Assembly (NCBI GenBank): GCA_012026655.1
Contig: JAAILG010000109.1
Span: 62,001-126,000 of the forward strand
Length of the DNA stretch: 64,000 nt
Origin: Hydrolagus affinis
Taxonomy: Eukaryota
Reading direction: 5' to 3'
Shown here: positions 25,618 to 37,977 of the stretch, one piece after another
How positions within the stretch are numbered: the first letter of the stretch is position 1
Layout: every line of letters starts with the position of its first letter
Program-made: the position numbers and the translations under genes
The notes under the pieces: generated by a model
The model's database searches: none
Told to the model about the DNA's origin: nothing
The model's input: the letters and a program-made list of their open reading frames with translations, nothing else

Positions 25618-28600
25618 AGAGTGAATAAGGTCATCAGTGTGTAGAAAAAAGCACAGTGCAAGAAAGCAAATTACTCTTTTTGGTCATATATTACAGAATG
25701 GACTAAACATCCTGTTAAAATGTGGTGTTGGTTTTGCTTGGGAATTTGACTGCTCATCAATATTGTGCCCATTTTGACAAATGAATATGATTAGCATTAA
25801 TAATAATGATCAGTTTAAAGCAAACTTTATACTTGTATGACAATAAAACAAGTTGGTTAATCAAGCTATGAGCTATCAAGCTCTCCCACCGAAATCCCCA
25901 TCCAGTGTATAAATGCATTAGTTAGATAGATATATATAGGTTGCACCTTCATTGAATGATTTACTACTGTTCGTTGCTTCTTTGTAATTTGTTTTTAGCT
26001 ATTTAGAAGCTGAACAGCTGAAATCAGCTTGAACAAGAAACAAAATATAATTGGGAAAAGTCCGGGAACATACATTTTACTATTGAAGGACACAAGATAA
26101 TTGAAGAAATCCTTTTGTTTATGGCAACTTTTGGGTTATTTATAGGAACAATCTACAGTAATTCTTGTTTTTAAAATAAATATTGCAAAAAGGCCATCTG
26201 GTGAATACAAATTAAATATTCCATAAGGATAAAAGATGACATCTTCAGCTGTTAATTACTCCAGCTGCAATGATGACAAGATCGATCTCCTATCTATCCA
26301 TTGTCAAAGGCTTGTAGCTTGTGAGATAAGTTTTTAATCTCTGACTCTGAATGCAGCATAAGTTTTGTTAACACTTTCTTCAAGGTCTTTACAATAAAAG
26401 GATTTTATTTAATGGCGTCATTTCATTTTGTTTAATCTCCAGTTTCTGAGTGGAAATTCTATGTTTTATGAAAAGAAACAACACTGTTCAATATTCAGCA
26501 TAAGAGATGCAATTCATTGCAAATCTTCATTAATTTTTATTTCCTATTGTAACATACAGTTTATTCTTATATGTTGTCTATCAGGTATGTAGTGTTTAAT
26601 CATTCAGTCATTTGAGAGATGTGCTAAGTGCAGACTCTCCATGACAACACAGAGCAAAATTGAACACCCATCAAAGATACACGAGGTCAGTTCACCGGTG
26701 TAGTCTTGATGGATGTGGTCTCTCAATGCTTTTGGCATGCAGTATGCCAATTAAGAATAATGTCTTACGCAGCACAAAGTTTGGCCTGTGCAGTATAATA
26801 ACTGTCACCCAGGTACAATCCAATGGCAGTTGGATTGTCAGTGTCATTGGGTTCAGTCCAGACACCCAGCTGTAATGGCCCAGGAATAGCAATGAATTAA
26901 GATCTCATTTTCTAATATCCGGGTTAATCAGTACTCCAAGCTGGACTCCAGCATTTGCACTAATCAAACCAATTTATTCTTTTTTTTAACAAAAAAAATC
27001 AATTCAGCATGATCATCATCACAAAACACTAAGTATACAATAATTTCACCGGCCAAAACTGGGAATCAAACCAGGGATCTTCTGGCTAAATTTGATACCC
27101 AATAGTGTTGAGCAACTGAACCTTTGGTGAAAGATCTTAGCAAAGCATTTGAGGAATAATCCTGAAATTTATTGCATATGGTCTTGACACATAAACAGAC
27201 TATCACTCCTCTTTGTCATTTCCTGGGCTGCTTCTGGCTGCTGATATTCCATTCCACATAAACTATATGTCATTTGGACTTCAAACACTAACATTAAAGG
27301 TCCAGTCTGAGGCAAATTCTCTCTTTCTGCTTCTGTGAACATGATATATTATCTTCACCAATTCTAATTCAGACAAGCTTTGACCTTCATTATTCGGTCT
27401 TCATTTTACCCATTAAACTGTCCATCTCTTCATTATCACCACATTTTTTTATTTGAACATTTAAAGATGGTGTTCAATCCATCGGCATTAGCTGAATCAG
27501 CTGGCATGTATCCACATCATCTTCCATTTAGCTTGCCTCTTTGCAACATTAAGTAATAAACTGTACTTTGGTTTCACGTTATATTCATGGCAATATGATT
27601 AAATCTGGGTTTGACCATGCTACTGTACTTGGTTTAGTTGCTACTTTGCTATTAGATGCCTTAAATGGCTACTATTATAAATACAAATTAAAATACTATC
27701 AATCAAATTATCTTGTTAGGAATTTTGCTAGTTCACATCATTCACCTGAATAAACACATCCTGCTGACAGATTTAAAGATGAGTGTGGGATAGTAACACC
27801 TCCCAGCCTTTATTGTTATGCTGTGGGTAACTATTTGGAGCTGTCAATAGCATCACATTAAAATCACTTTACCGGTTTAAATATTCAAAGCCAGTCCAAA
27901 AAATACAATAACCATTCTTTCAAATTCATCAGGTCATATTCAACGCAAATACAACTACAAAATCCAGCCGTATTTTAGATAATGATAGAAAGATGCAGTA
28001 TTAATGCCAACATTTCTTATGTGCATTAAATATTTGAAGAATATAATCTGGAATGAGTATTTTAACAAGGCTGTAACTGAACAAATTGTACAGAGGGGGC
28101 TGAAAAAAAAATCTAGTTATAAAAATCCACAAATTTATTGCACTTTTTCCCCCCAACACACTACATTATTTTGGCCAGTGACTATTATAATACTGGCATG
28201 CAACAGCAAGTGGGACGGGACAAACTTCATGATGGATTCACAATAAGTATCATTTGAGAAAACAAAACAGATAACCTGCTTTTATGGTGCAGAAATGATG
28301 TAAATTTTAAATGCATTAACACCTCATCCTAAATACAGACACCACAGTGTAATCAGTCTCAAAAAGCATTGATTTATGTCCACACAGAAAACATTTGAAG
28401 GTACACTACAAACATTTGAAGCTTAGTTTAAAATGAATGCAATTATATGCAGACTGTGATGAATTGAACAACAGCGAACATGAAACTGTGAGCATCAGTT
28501 CAGTTAATATTGGCAATTAAGTTAAATATTCTGAAATAAGTTAAATATCTTCGATTTCATGTTTCCTTCTCTCACAGCCAATACGATTGCAAGTGACAAA

Positions 28601-28852
28601 ATGACTCACCTGCCTGTACCTTTGATGTAATTCAAACTCTGAAGGTGTTGCCTGCAGATTGCAACACTGATTGTGGTGCTGATGGGAATTCAGCCAGTGT
28701 CCTCAACTAGAACATTAGATTTTAGCAATTTTCAATGTAAAAAAAATGGAGGGGAAAATGTACAGTCTTTGGAAAATTATGGTTAATCTTTATTAACTAA
28801 CAATTTTTTATTTACTATAGCAGAATAAGCGATTATACTGTAATTTATAAAC

Positions 28853-29128
28853 TGGAGATCTGAAGCTCAAGCGAGAGACCCGAGTTCAATTCCTGGTAGG
28901 GTGAAATCTTGGGCAAGTTTCCTTACTCCACACGCCCAAAAAATGATTTCTCAAAAGAAAAATTTGTCATTTCAATCCATGACTGTTTGTGGGACACTGC
29001 TGTGCACAATTGGCTGCTGCGTTTCACTCATAAATATACAGTCAATTCACTTTACAGTATATTCTGTGAAGTGCTTTGAGACGTCTAGAAGACATGAAAA
29101 ACGCTATATCAAATGCAAGGATTATTAT
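28853..29128 (+). mobile_element. tRNA-derived SINE (short form), partly deleted head
   Basis: B box gagttcaattcc; body and tail closely similar to 44306 and 57942; ends caaatgcaaggattattat. Confidence 0.9.
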
Positions 29129-29239
29129 CTCAAGATGTGAATGATGCAGGGGATTGACCTTCCCTCGCGAAAGGTCAACCGCTGTCATCCTTGTGGCAAT
29201 GGTACTCCAATAATGGTGTTAGGTGGAGTAAATAGAGAC

Positions 29240-29390
29240 TGTAGTAGGCCATTCGGGTCTTCGAGCCTGTTCCACCATCTATAAGATTATGGCTGTGCTG
29301 TAACTCAAGTCCAGTTACTCACCTTTGCTCAGTATCCCTTAATACTCTGATCTAACATATCTATTCATCTTTGAAAAAAATTGAATCCAA
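29240..29390 (-). mobile_element. CR1-type LINE 3' end (shark HER1-like)
   Basis: gtaggccattcgg..tcgagcctgttccaccat..aagattatggctg..tatcccttaatac resembles the antisense CR1 tail as I recall it. Confidence 0.65.
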
Positions 29391-29419
29391 CAATGATGAA
29401 GAAACAGTGGTATAAATCA

Positions 29420-30490
29420 AAGTCAGGAAGATGAGTGACCTGAAAGCCAACTTGTGGGATGGTGGTGTTCCCACAATCACACTATTCTTGATTTTTAAAA
29501 TATATCTATTTATTTATAAATATTTATGACATGAATCCAAAACGAAGTATGAAAAATCCATACACAGGTTTTGTACATGTTTTTCTGAGTACACTCCCTT
29601 TAAAACAGTCGGTTGTCGCTCCGTGTGCTCCACAACCATATGCGTGCCCCTGCACACCACGAGAACGTCCCCCCTCCACTTTGAGAAGACGCTCCAATGC
29701 GGACTGTCCGCACACGTTTATTGTACATACATTTTCCAGACTCTCCTTGGTCTGGTTGGTAGAGTTTGCAGGGCAGGGAGGTACTATCAAAGCAAGGTTG
29801 ACAAACTGCTGCAGTGCATTCAGTAGATGGCACACTGCAGTCACAGTGCATCAATGACAGTGAGAGCGAATCTTGATTTGATTGACTGCAATGCTGATCA
29901 AGTGAATTATTTTCTCCTGGGTGGTATCAAATTGTTGTTTAGCTGCACACATCCAGGCGAGTATTCCATCACACCCCTGACTTGAGCCTTGTAGATAGGC
30001 AAAAGGCTTTGAAGAGTTAGGAGAATACTCAGCCTCTGTCCAGCTCTCATAGCTAGTGGTTCATATAGCTGGTCTACTTAAGCTTCTTGTAATGCTGCCT
30101 GATGAATGTTGATGGTTGGGGACTCAGTTGTTTCATCAAAGGTCAGAGGGAAGTGGCAATGTTTTATTTGTTAAATTTGGTCATTACATGGCACTTGGGA
30201 AGATATGCAGAAGATAACATTCGCACTGCCTAAGTCTGGATATTGTCCAGGCCTTGCTGCATTTGGGCATGAGTGGCTTCATTGTCAGACATATTGGAAA
30301 TGGATCTGCATCAGCAAACAGTCCCACTCCTGACCCTCTGAAGGAGGGAAGATCATTGATGACGCAGCTGAATATGATGGTGTAAAGAGCAGTTTTCTGA
30401 GAAAGGTACGACTCCAGCCACTGGAGGGATTTTCTTTTCACTTCAATGACCAAGGTTTTCTTGAGTTCCTTGATGCCATAAATATTGGGC
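29420..30490 (-). mobile_element. CR1/Crack-like LINE ORF2 (RT to 3' end), decayed, with an internal foreign insert at ~29490-29740
   Basis: ORF 30184-30492 gives LQWLESYLSQK..IFSCVINDLPS..VGLFADA (RT FADD motif). The minus strand near 29990 gives IYKAQVRGVMEYS. Confidence 0.8.
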
Positions 30491-31677
30491 ATAATTTTTT
30501 ACCCAACACATCAATGGAATCCTTTAAAATAAACTGCAAAAAGGACACTGAGAATTATATAAATAGTGAAATCCAGTGAATGTAGAAACCAGGGTAAGCT
30601 GTTTATGTTGCTGTTATTTAAGCACTCTGAAACGCCAGCCACATAAAAAGGTGCTAAATAAGGCAAGTGGTTGACAAATAATTCATTATCTGACAAATTA
30701 TGCTGTTTGTAAAGTATTCTGAAACTATCATTCCTTCTCTATGGGGAGAATTTCCTAAGCCACTTCTGCAGATTTAATAATCACACCTTTGCATCAACAC
30801 AGAATGATTAAAAGCACCTGCCAGTAGGGTTAACACATGTGGACTCATAAAAGGTAAACATTTTAACTGGCGATGTACCACATCCTTACCAGAACATCAG
30901 AGAAGGCACTGACAGGGCTAGATTGATTTTATTTCCACTATGCAATATGGTAACATTGCTAAATGAACCAGATACTGTTGATACCCATCTTCTCCCTCCC
31001 CCATTAGTACTTTCAAGGTAATCAGAAGGAATCCCTCAATTCTCCTTTGATTCATGGTAGAAACGTCTGCCATATGGTATCATAAATTTTAAACTAGGTA
31101 AAGCATAATTCAGGGAAAAAATGTTTAATAATTGTCAAAAAAAATTAATGATTTCTATTATTGTACAACTGTTGACAGCGATTTTCAACATTCATCCTAG
31201 GGGAAATAATTTGAAAGTATTCACGAGGTAAAATATCCTGCAATGTGAATAGCGATTGTTTACATTTGCTTTGTGATTTCATGCTGGGCTTGAAATTGGG
31301 AATCAAGTTTTAATTTTTTTTTAAATTGACACAATACATTGATTTTTGAAAAGCAAAAATTTGTAGCATTTCGTCGATCCAGTGAACCAGTGATGCTCCA
31401 GAAATATACAAGCCAATAACTGTAAACATTTCCCTGTGAAACATTACTTTGAGTTCGCTAGAATTTACAAAAAGTAGGAAGGTGAAAGAGACCCAAGAGT
31501 GTTAGTTGATTCACCATTTAGCAGCATACCAATAAATGGGATCGTTAACTGCATTACCAAATCAGCTGATTTTAGATTTCCACAAGTCAAAGGCTACTTG
31601 GCTTTAACGGCATTGTAGATATTGTGTACAGTTCTGATCATTGTGACTTTGGAGAGTTCCCCAGGTCCAAGAAGCAT

Positions 31678-32128
31678 TAACAACAACAAAATTACATTTG
31701 TATAGCACCTTTCATGTCAGAAGGACGTCCAAAGGTGCTCGACAGTCAATGTTTCAGACCCAAGCAGAGCCGGGATCAGGAAGGGAAAGGAGAGGATTTG
31801 GTGTGACCAATGGGACCATCAAAGAGGAGGGTTTTGAGGCAGGACTTGAAGGAGGCTAGGGAGGGGGTGCGGCAGAGGGACAGCGGGATGGAATTCCACA
31901 GGTTGAGGGCAGAGTGCCTGAAGGCTTGCCAGCAGGTGGGTCAGGGGACATGGAGCAGGCCGGAACCTGCTGAGTGGAGGGAGTAGGCAGGTTGTTAGGG
32001 GGCTAGGAGGTTACAGAGATAGGGTGAAGTAAGGCCATAGATGGCTTTGAAGGTGATGACCAGGATCTTGAATTGAATCCTCTGTGTGATGGGAAGCCAA
32101 TGGAGTCGGGCGAGAATAAGGATGATCC
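31678..32128 (-). mobile_element. L2 LINE 3' end (ORF2 C-terminus, 3'UTR and (TGT)n tail)
   Basis: Minus translation ILARLHWLPITQRIQFKILVITFKAIYGLTSPYL..LWNSIPLSL..FKSCLKTLLF; tail matches 24507. Confidence 0.92.
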
Positions 32129-32129
32129 T

Positions 32130-32480
32130 CAGTATAAGAGAGATGAGCTGTGAAAATTAATTGGATAAGGTAGAGCTCTTCAACTTTGAAATGAGATCTG
32201 AGAGAGAGTCTTATCGAGACATGTAGAAATGGGATAGTGAAAGTGAACCCAGAGAAATACTTTCAGATATTACAAGGCAACAGGACAAGATGGCACAGTT
32301 TCAGGGTAGAGAAGACATCAGGAATTTTTTCCTTACGCCGAGCGTAAATTGAGAGCTGGATTCAATTTCCAGAAAGAAATATAGAGGCCGTGATTCTATG
32401 CTCATAATTACAGTTTGACCACAATCTTACAGTTTGATATTATAATAGAAAGCTGGTAAGGTGGCTGTTCTGGATGAATG
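32130..32480 (+). mobile_element. Old CR1 ORF2 C-terminal fragment
   Basis: ctcttcaactttgaaatgaga..cttatcgagacat..aggacaagatggcacagtttc..gacatcaggaatttttt, resembling CR1 LFSLE.RR.RGDLIE..TRGH..R..FF. Confidence 0.55.
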
Positions 32481-34083
32481 AAATAATTTTCACCCATACC
32501 TCACTTAAGTCATTTTAAATCTGTAAGCTTCCACCCATTTTACAATACAATTGTATTGCTTTATTGGTTAGTCTTGTATGAGTCAAATATTTGAATCGAG
32601 TTAAGGAATTCAAGATAGCCAACCTAAACCTTTAGGTAAATGCTTATTCATCTTTCCACCCATTATTTAGATTCAATTGTTTTACAAGAACGATGGTACT
32701 ACTGAGAAAAGTAACAAACCTACATTCATCTCCATTGGGAGCCAAGATGAAACCATCTTAGCATAGTTTATTTAAGGTACTGTCATCATACCATCTGTGT
32801 GAACCAGATTGAAACCCAATCCCAGAGGTAAAATATTTGTTCCTTTAATTTATGAGTAGGTAAATTATTTCCTGAGATGCAACATGGAATCTTAATACAG
32901 TACTACACAATTCAAACATGGTTATCATTCTGTGGTGTATAACTTCAATCCTCTAAAAAATATATATACACTTTCAAATGATTTTACATACTTATGAAAG
33001 TAAAATGAAGGGAGGAGTGTGAGCAAAATGAGATATTGGGTGAAGCAACCAAAACCATCCATTCTGTCTTTTAAAAAAAATCAATTGATATTTAATTCAA
33101 AAAACCAACAATGAATAGTTTTACCAAATGAAATATATGGTATATGGTTTCAACTGAATAAAGAAAAGGAGTTATTGTAAGCGAGTATGGCAAACACAAA
33201 CAATTATCCCACCAGACCAGAGAGAGACAGGAGGAGATACACTGATCCACCTCCAGGTGGTTGAACATCACCATAAAGGGAACTTTTTTCCTAAAGAAAA
33301 AGGGTGACCGGTACACATCAAAACAACACAATGACTTGAGTGTCACAGCGGGAGTAATCAGTTACTATTCAAGGCATTCAAAGAAGGAAGCGTAGCTATT
33401 CAAATTTTCCCATCAAATTTGATTTTTCTTATATGATGGCATGATACCATTGTCTAACTGTATATACAGTAGCTCTTTGCCCAAGAGTTCCCATTAGTAA
33501 TACTAATCAAAATACACCAAGAAATTCAACTTCTGAACGGCTATTACAGCCATTAGGATAGAGTTCAGCCATTACCTTGGCAGAATTTTCTATATTGATA
33601 AAACAATTAGTCTTTCCTTGGCATTCAGCGATCTTTAATTTGCATTCCAAGCACCATGTGCATCCATCCCTCACTGTATAATTGTAGTTGTGGTTTCACT
33701 TACCCTAAGTGAGATCATCTGGACTTGAGATTTTTGTGAATCAGAAATTAAACAGTTTATAAACCCATGAGCAACAAAACACAAGACTAGAAACGTGACT
33801 AAGGTATGAATCTTACAGTTTGCCTTGACAACATTTTGTAAGAGCGATTTTAAAAAAACAAAAAACTTCTAAACTCATCCATCATGCTCCAATGCCATGA
33901 TTGGAGGCAAAATGCTCCTGGCACATTCAGACGGCTACAGTATTTGGACCATTCAAAAAGGCATAGACTGTATATCCATTGCATAGTGCGAATCAGCAAA
34001 CATTCAGCAAGGAAAACACGAACGAGAAGAATAGCAGTCAAGAATATAAGTACAATATTGCAAAAAAAAGTAATAATATAAAA

Positions 34084-34160
34084 ATAATTATTGCATTTGA
34101 TACAACGCTTTATCACGTCTTCACACGGTAGGATGAATAAGTACTGTGTAATCAGTGTGG
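34084..34160 (-). mobile_element. SINE tail stub upstream of promoter 1A
   Basis: taattattgcatttgatacaacgctttatcacgtctt is the reverse complement of the SINE tail. Confidence 0.6.
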
Positions 34161-34189
34161 TTTTCTTAAAAAATAAAAGCGCAAACATT

Positions 34190-34240
34190 TTATATATATA
34201 TATATATATATACACAAAAAAATATATATATGTATATATG
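34190..34240. repeat. (TA)n microsatellites upstream of promoter 1A
   Basis: Visible directly in the sequence. Confidence 0.9.
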
Positions 34241-34299
34241 TAGCCTCCTATCCAAGTCCTGGAGTTTAATGGTTGCAAGTGTCAGTGGCTGAGAAATTG

Positions 34300-34798
34300 A
34301 CATAACCACTAAATTAACCCATTTACTAAAACTCTCTGCAGAGACCTGCTGTATGCTGATGTCACATCCGTTGCCCAGGTCCCAATATCTCGATTGCAAA
34401 CCACCCTGTCTTTTTTATTCCTTTGACCACCCCCCTCCCCCCCCTCCCACCTCTGGCTTTCTTCTCCTCCCCCATCCCTCTCTCTCCTCCTCCTTCCTCC
34501 TCCTCCTCTTGGGTTTTAACATTTTTTTTAAAAAAGAAACTTTTTTTTCTCTCTCGGATAACAGTACAGAGCTGTGATTGCTGCTGCCGGCTGGTGGCCG
34601 TGGTTGGTTGGGAGATGCGAGCTCAGTGGTGCAGGGAAAGTTGGTGAAGATGCTGTGTGGAAGGAGATAGGATGGTGTGGCTGTGAGCGCCTGGCTGAGC
34701 AGAGCGATATAGACGAGGTCGCTGCAGTGAAACTGACTTGAGTGAACTAACTGTACGAATGTGTGTGTCTGTCCACTGACTGATCACAGGAGCTCAGG
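34300..34798 (+). promoter_or_regulatory. Putative distal promoter and 5'UTR of exon 1A
   Basis: Local rise in GC and CpG from ~34550 to ~35460 against an AT-rich background; a C/CT-rich tract at 34428-34510 just upstream of the exon. The TSS cannot be determined from sequence. Confidence 0.6.
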
Positions 34799-34867
34799 AT
34801 GCGGGCGCTGTCCAACATCTTCACTATTCTCTTCCCTCTCCTGCTCTTCGGATTTTACCCGTCCAAG
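34799..34867 (+). CDS. OLFM3: OLFM3 alternative first coding exon 1A (signal peptide MRALSNIFTILFPLLLFGFYPSK)
   Basis: aggATGc start; 23 codons with a hydrophobic core; ends AAG|GTATGG in phase 0. Same length and PSK ending as the mammalian short first exon (MQATSNLLNLLLLSLFAGLDPSK). Not present in the ORF track. Confidence 0.9.
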
Positions 34868-34933
34868 GTATGGACTTCTTTATCACAGAGAGTCAGAGAG
34901 AGGACGGATGAGTTGTGGTGAAAATGGATCGTC

Positions 34934-35040
34934 TGTGTATATGTGTGTGTGTGTTGTGTTTCTATGTTGTGTGTGTGTGTGTGTATGAACCAAACGATTT
35001 TGTAAAGAGTCACTGATTATATATATATATATAGTATACA

Positions 35041-35082
<42 letters not shown>
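34934..35082. repeat. (GT)n and (TA)n microsatellites at the start of intron 1
   Basis: Visible directly in the sequence. Confidence 0.9.
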
Positions 35083-35559
35083 AATTCTCCTGTATGTGTT
35101 TAGGAATAAATGATGCGGTGGAGGCAGGTCAACATTGATGTGAGAATTTGGAGAAAGAGAGAGAAAAAAAAGGAGAGAGAGGAAAAAAAAAGACTTGTGA
35201 TACTATTATTATTTTAAAGAGCATTTCGCTCGTGTTTTCTGTGTGGCGCTGTATGCGCGATTTAACGTGAGCTTCGGTTTGCTGAGATTGATTTGTTGTG
35301 TAAATGACTAGTGGGGTGGGTGGGTGGGTGGCTCCCGGCTAGTTGTAGCTGCGGGTTATCCATGAAGACGATTTAAATTAAGTTTTTTTTTTGGTGAGGC
35401 GGGGGGGGGTGGAGAAAAAAATACATTGCCCAGTAGGAATTATGAATTTCAGACCGTCATTAGATTCTTCCAGGAAGACTATGATTTTACATTTAGTGGC
35501 GGAAGGCAAGTCAGGCATTGAAATTGGAATAAAGCCAAAGGGAAGGAAACACTCGTTTA

Positions 35560-35664
35560 TTTATTATTATTATTGTTGTTGTTGTTGTTGTTGTTGTGGG
35601 GAAGGAAAGAAGGGCCCAGGAAAGACCCGTTTAAATACTATATATATATATATATATATATTAT
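35560..35664. repeat. (TAT)n(TGT)n and (TA)n microsatellites
   Basis: Visible directly; they explain the poly-Y, poly-C and poly-Q ORFs in the track. Confidence 0.9.
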
Positions 35665-37589
35665 AATAGAAGCAGGCTTGAAACAGATTGAGATGGAATG
35701 AACCCTGGGGTGGGGGGGAGGGGGGGTGGGGTGGGGGAGGGAATGCAGAGATTGTCATATAAATCCTCTGTATTGTTACACTGACAACACAGGGCTCTGA
35801 CATAGTTTCTAATGTGTGTTGGAGAAAGGCTTGGTGTAGTCGCCCGTTTCAAACCTTGCACAACAAACATTGTCTTACATGCTCTTGTAACATCGACTGT
35901 CTGTGTTAGTTAACGTTGTAGAGCAGGAACGCGTCAGTATCAAGATGCTGCAGAATTCTCAAAGTTTAAAATCTTAAAATCAGGAGACCAGAACGAGCAA
36001 ACCTATCCTATTTGTATTTAGCTTGAAATGGAGGAAGTTGAAGGATTTACAAAGATGGAGCTGGAAGAGAGTATTGGTAAAAACAGTCCAATCTACCCTC
36101 TCACCCCAATATTTTATTCCAAGGTGCGAGACCTGTTATCAAATGCTAGTCCACCTCCTGGTTAAGAATCATTCAGATTTATCACTACACTCAGAGCATC
36201 TGAAAGCTAACATTGGCCTATAAAAGCCCCCTCCTCCCCCAACACACACACACAATGCTGTTAATAAATCAACAGTGTTGCATTGGAATGAAAAAAAAGT
36301 CTAACCACAACTTGCACTCTACAATGATTCGTATTTTTTTTTTAAAAAACTACAGAATATTAATGCATTTGAATATTAACATGACCCAATCTGAGCAATC
36401 CGTGACTGAATTGGCAAAGTGGACCTCATCACCTTTTTAAAAATAAAAATACAAAAAAAGGGAGACATTGGGTAACTGGAGCGAATTTTAACATCAATTA
36501 TAACACTCAAACCATTCATCTGAAAACTCAAACTAGGGCAAGGAAAGGAAATGATTCTCAAAGGTAACCATTAATTTGGCGATCTACTCTACTATCTTGG
36601 ACAAATAGAAAACGGATGCCTGGTAGTTTGACAGATTAGAAGTGAAAAACCAGCAATGCAGCTTTAGGGAGCCAGAGTACACTAAACATAGAGATGGAAT
36701 AGAGGACATAGTAATTTTCTGGCTGAAGCTGATAACACGGTTTAACCAAGATTTGCAAAATTCATGAACTGGTTGATGTGCTTCTGGAAGTACTTGAACA
36801 CAGAAAAATGTCAGTGTGCACACAGATAGGCAAAGAATAGTGTACTCCGACTGCACTTATGTAGGTTGACATTAGTAGATAAATACTCAAGCACTCAACA
36901 AGGCAATTGTATATTGTATATAAAGCGATATGCCTTTTATCCTTTAACTAGGTTGAAATACATTGACCATTGGTCAAATTATTGCAACGTTTGGGTTTTG
37001 AATTGGTTGTTTTGCACACCAGCTTTGCTTTTATTCAGTACACATACTTCTGTAGCCTATCTGTCAACACATACCAAGGCAGAGCAAAGCAAAGCTGATC
37101 TAGTGCAAGTAATGGCATAAATGAACTTTCTACAGCATTTGCATCCAGCTTGCAAAATTTTAAAATGCTTTAGTAAACTATTGTGGTCATTACATGAATT
37201 GGCACATTTGAAAAATGTGTACTAATCACACCGATCCTGATCAGAAATTGCATGTGAAACATTGCTTGGTAAGACTAAAGTGAAACCCACTTGAAGTGAA
37301 GGTTCCGTTTGTCTGAATTAATTTATTGGATATTCGGAACTGGTTGTAGGGTGTACCAGGCAAACAATTAGTGAATCAGTAAAGGTAAAATTTACAATGC
37401 TGTTTCAACTAAAAGACAAAAAAAAAAAATCGATCTGTTATGTCATTTGAATCAATATGCATCAATTTAAATTATACGCAAGACTATAACTTACTGATAT
37501 GTGAATAAAGATGCAATAAGCAAATAGATTTTAAGATTTAAAGGATGCCAATTGAAATTTTCTTGATTGTTGAGTGATACAGATAGGGA

Positions 37590-37800
37590 ATTATTTGGAT
37601 TCAATACCTGGTCCATGTTGAATTAACTCATCTCTGTCAAGGTGACAATAAGGGCATTGGAATTGGCCTCAGTAATCTGGTTGGAGAGGCAAAAAGCAGT
37701 CAAGAGTTTCTGATCACTTTTATGAATATTGCTGAGGAATCAATTTTTGGATGCTGTGTATAAATGTTAGGCAAGGATAGGGTTGAAAATCTTTCAGCTG
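37590..37800 (+). mobile_element. Probable ancient tRNA-type SINE remnant of a different family
   Basis: B-box-like ggattcaatacctggt followed by aattggcctcag..ggcaaggatagggtt. Family recalled only loosely. Confidence 0.35.
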
Positions 37801-37873
37801 AGCAATGTTCCCTGTATTTTAGCATCAGTTCCTTTTATTTAAATGAAAGCCATGCTATATTGTTTGATGTTAA

Positions 37874-37977
37874 TGCCTACAAAATATGCAGTCAATTCAC
37901 TTTATGGTATATTCTGAAGCACTTTGAGACATCTCAAAGACGTAATAAGGCGATATATCAATTGCAAGGATTATTAT
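37874..37977 (+). mobile_element. SINE 3' fragment
   Basis: gcctacaaaatatgcagtcaattcactttatggtatattctgaagcactttgagacatc..tcaattgcaaggattatta. Confidence 0.85.

Noticed and set aside
33850-34278. 142-aa minus-strand ORF near the promoter
   Set aside because: Built from (TA)n repeats and a SINE tail stub.
34804-34813. REST/RE1 site (GGCGCTGTCC) in exon 1A
   Set aside because: Only one half-site; the GGTGCTGA half is absent. The partial matches at ~13012 and ~60935 are also non-canonical.
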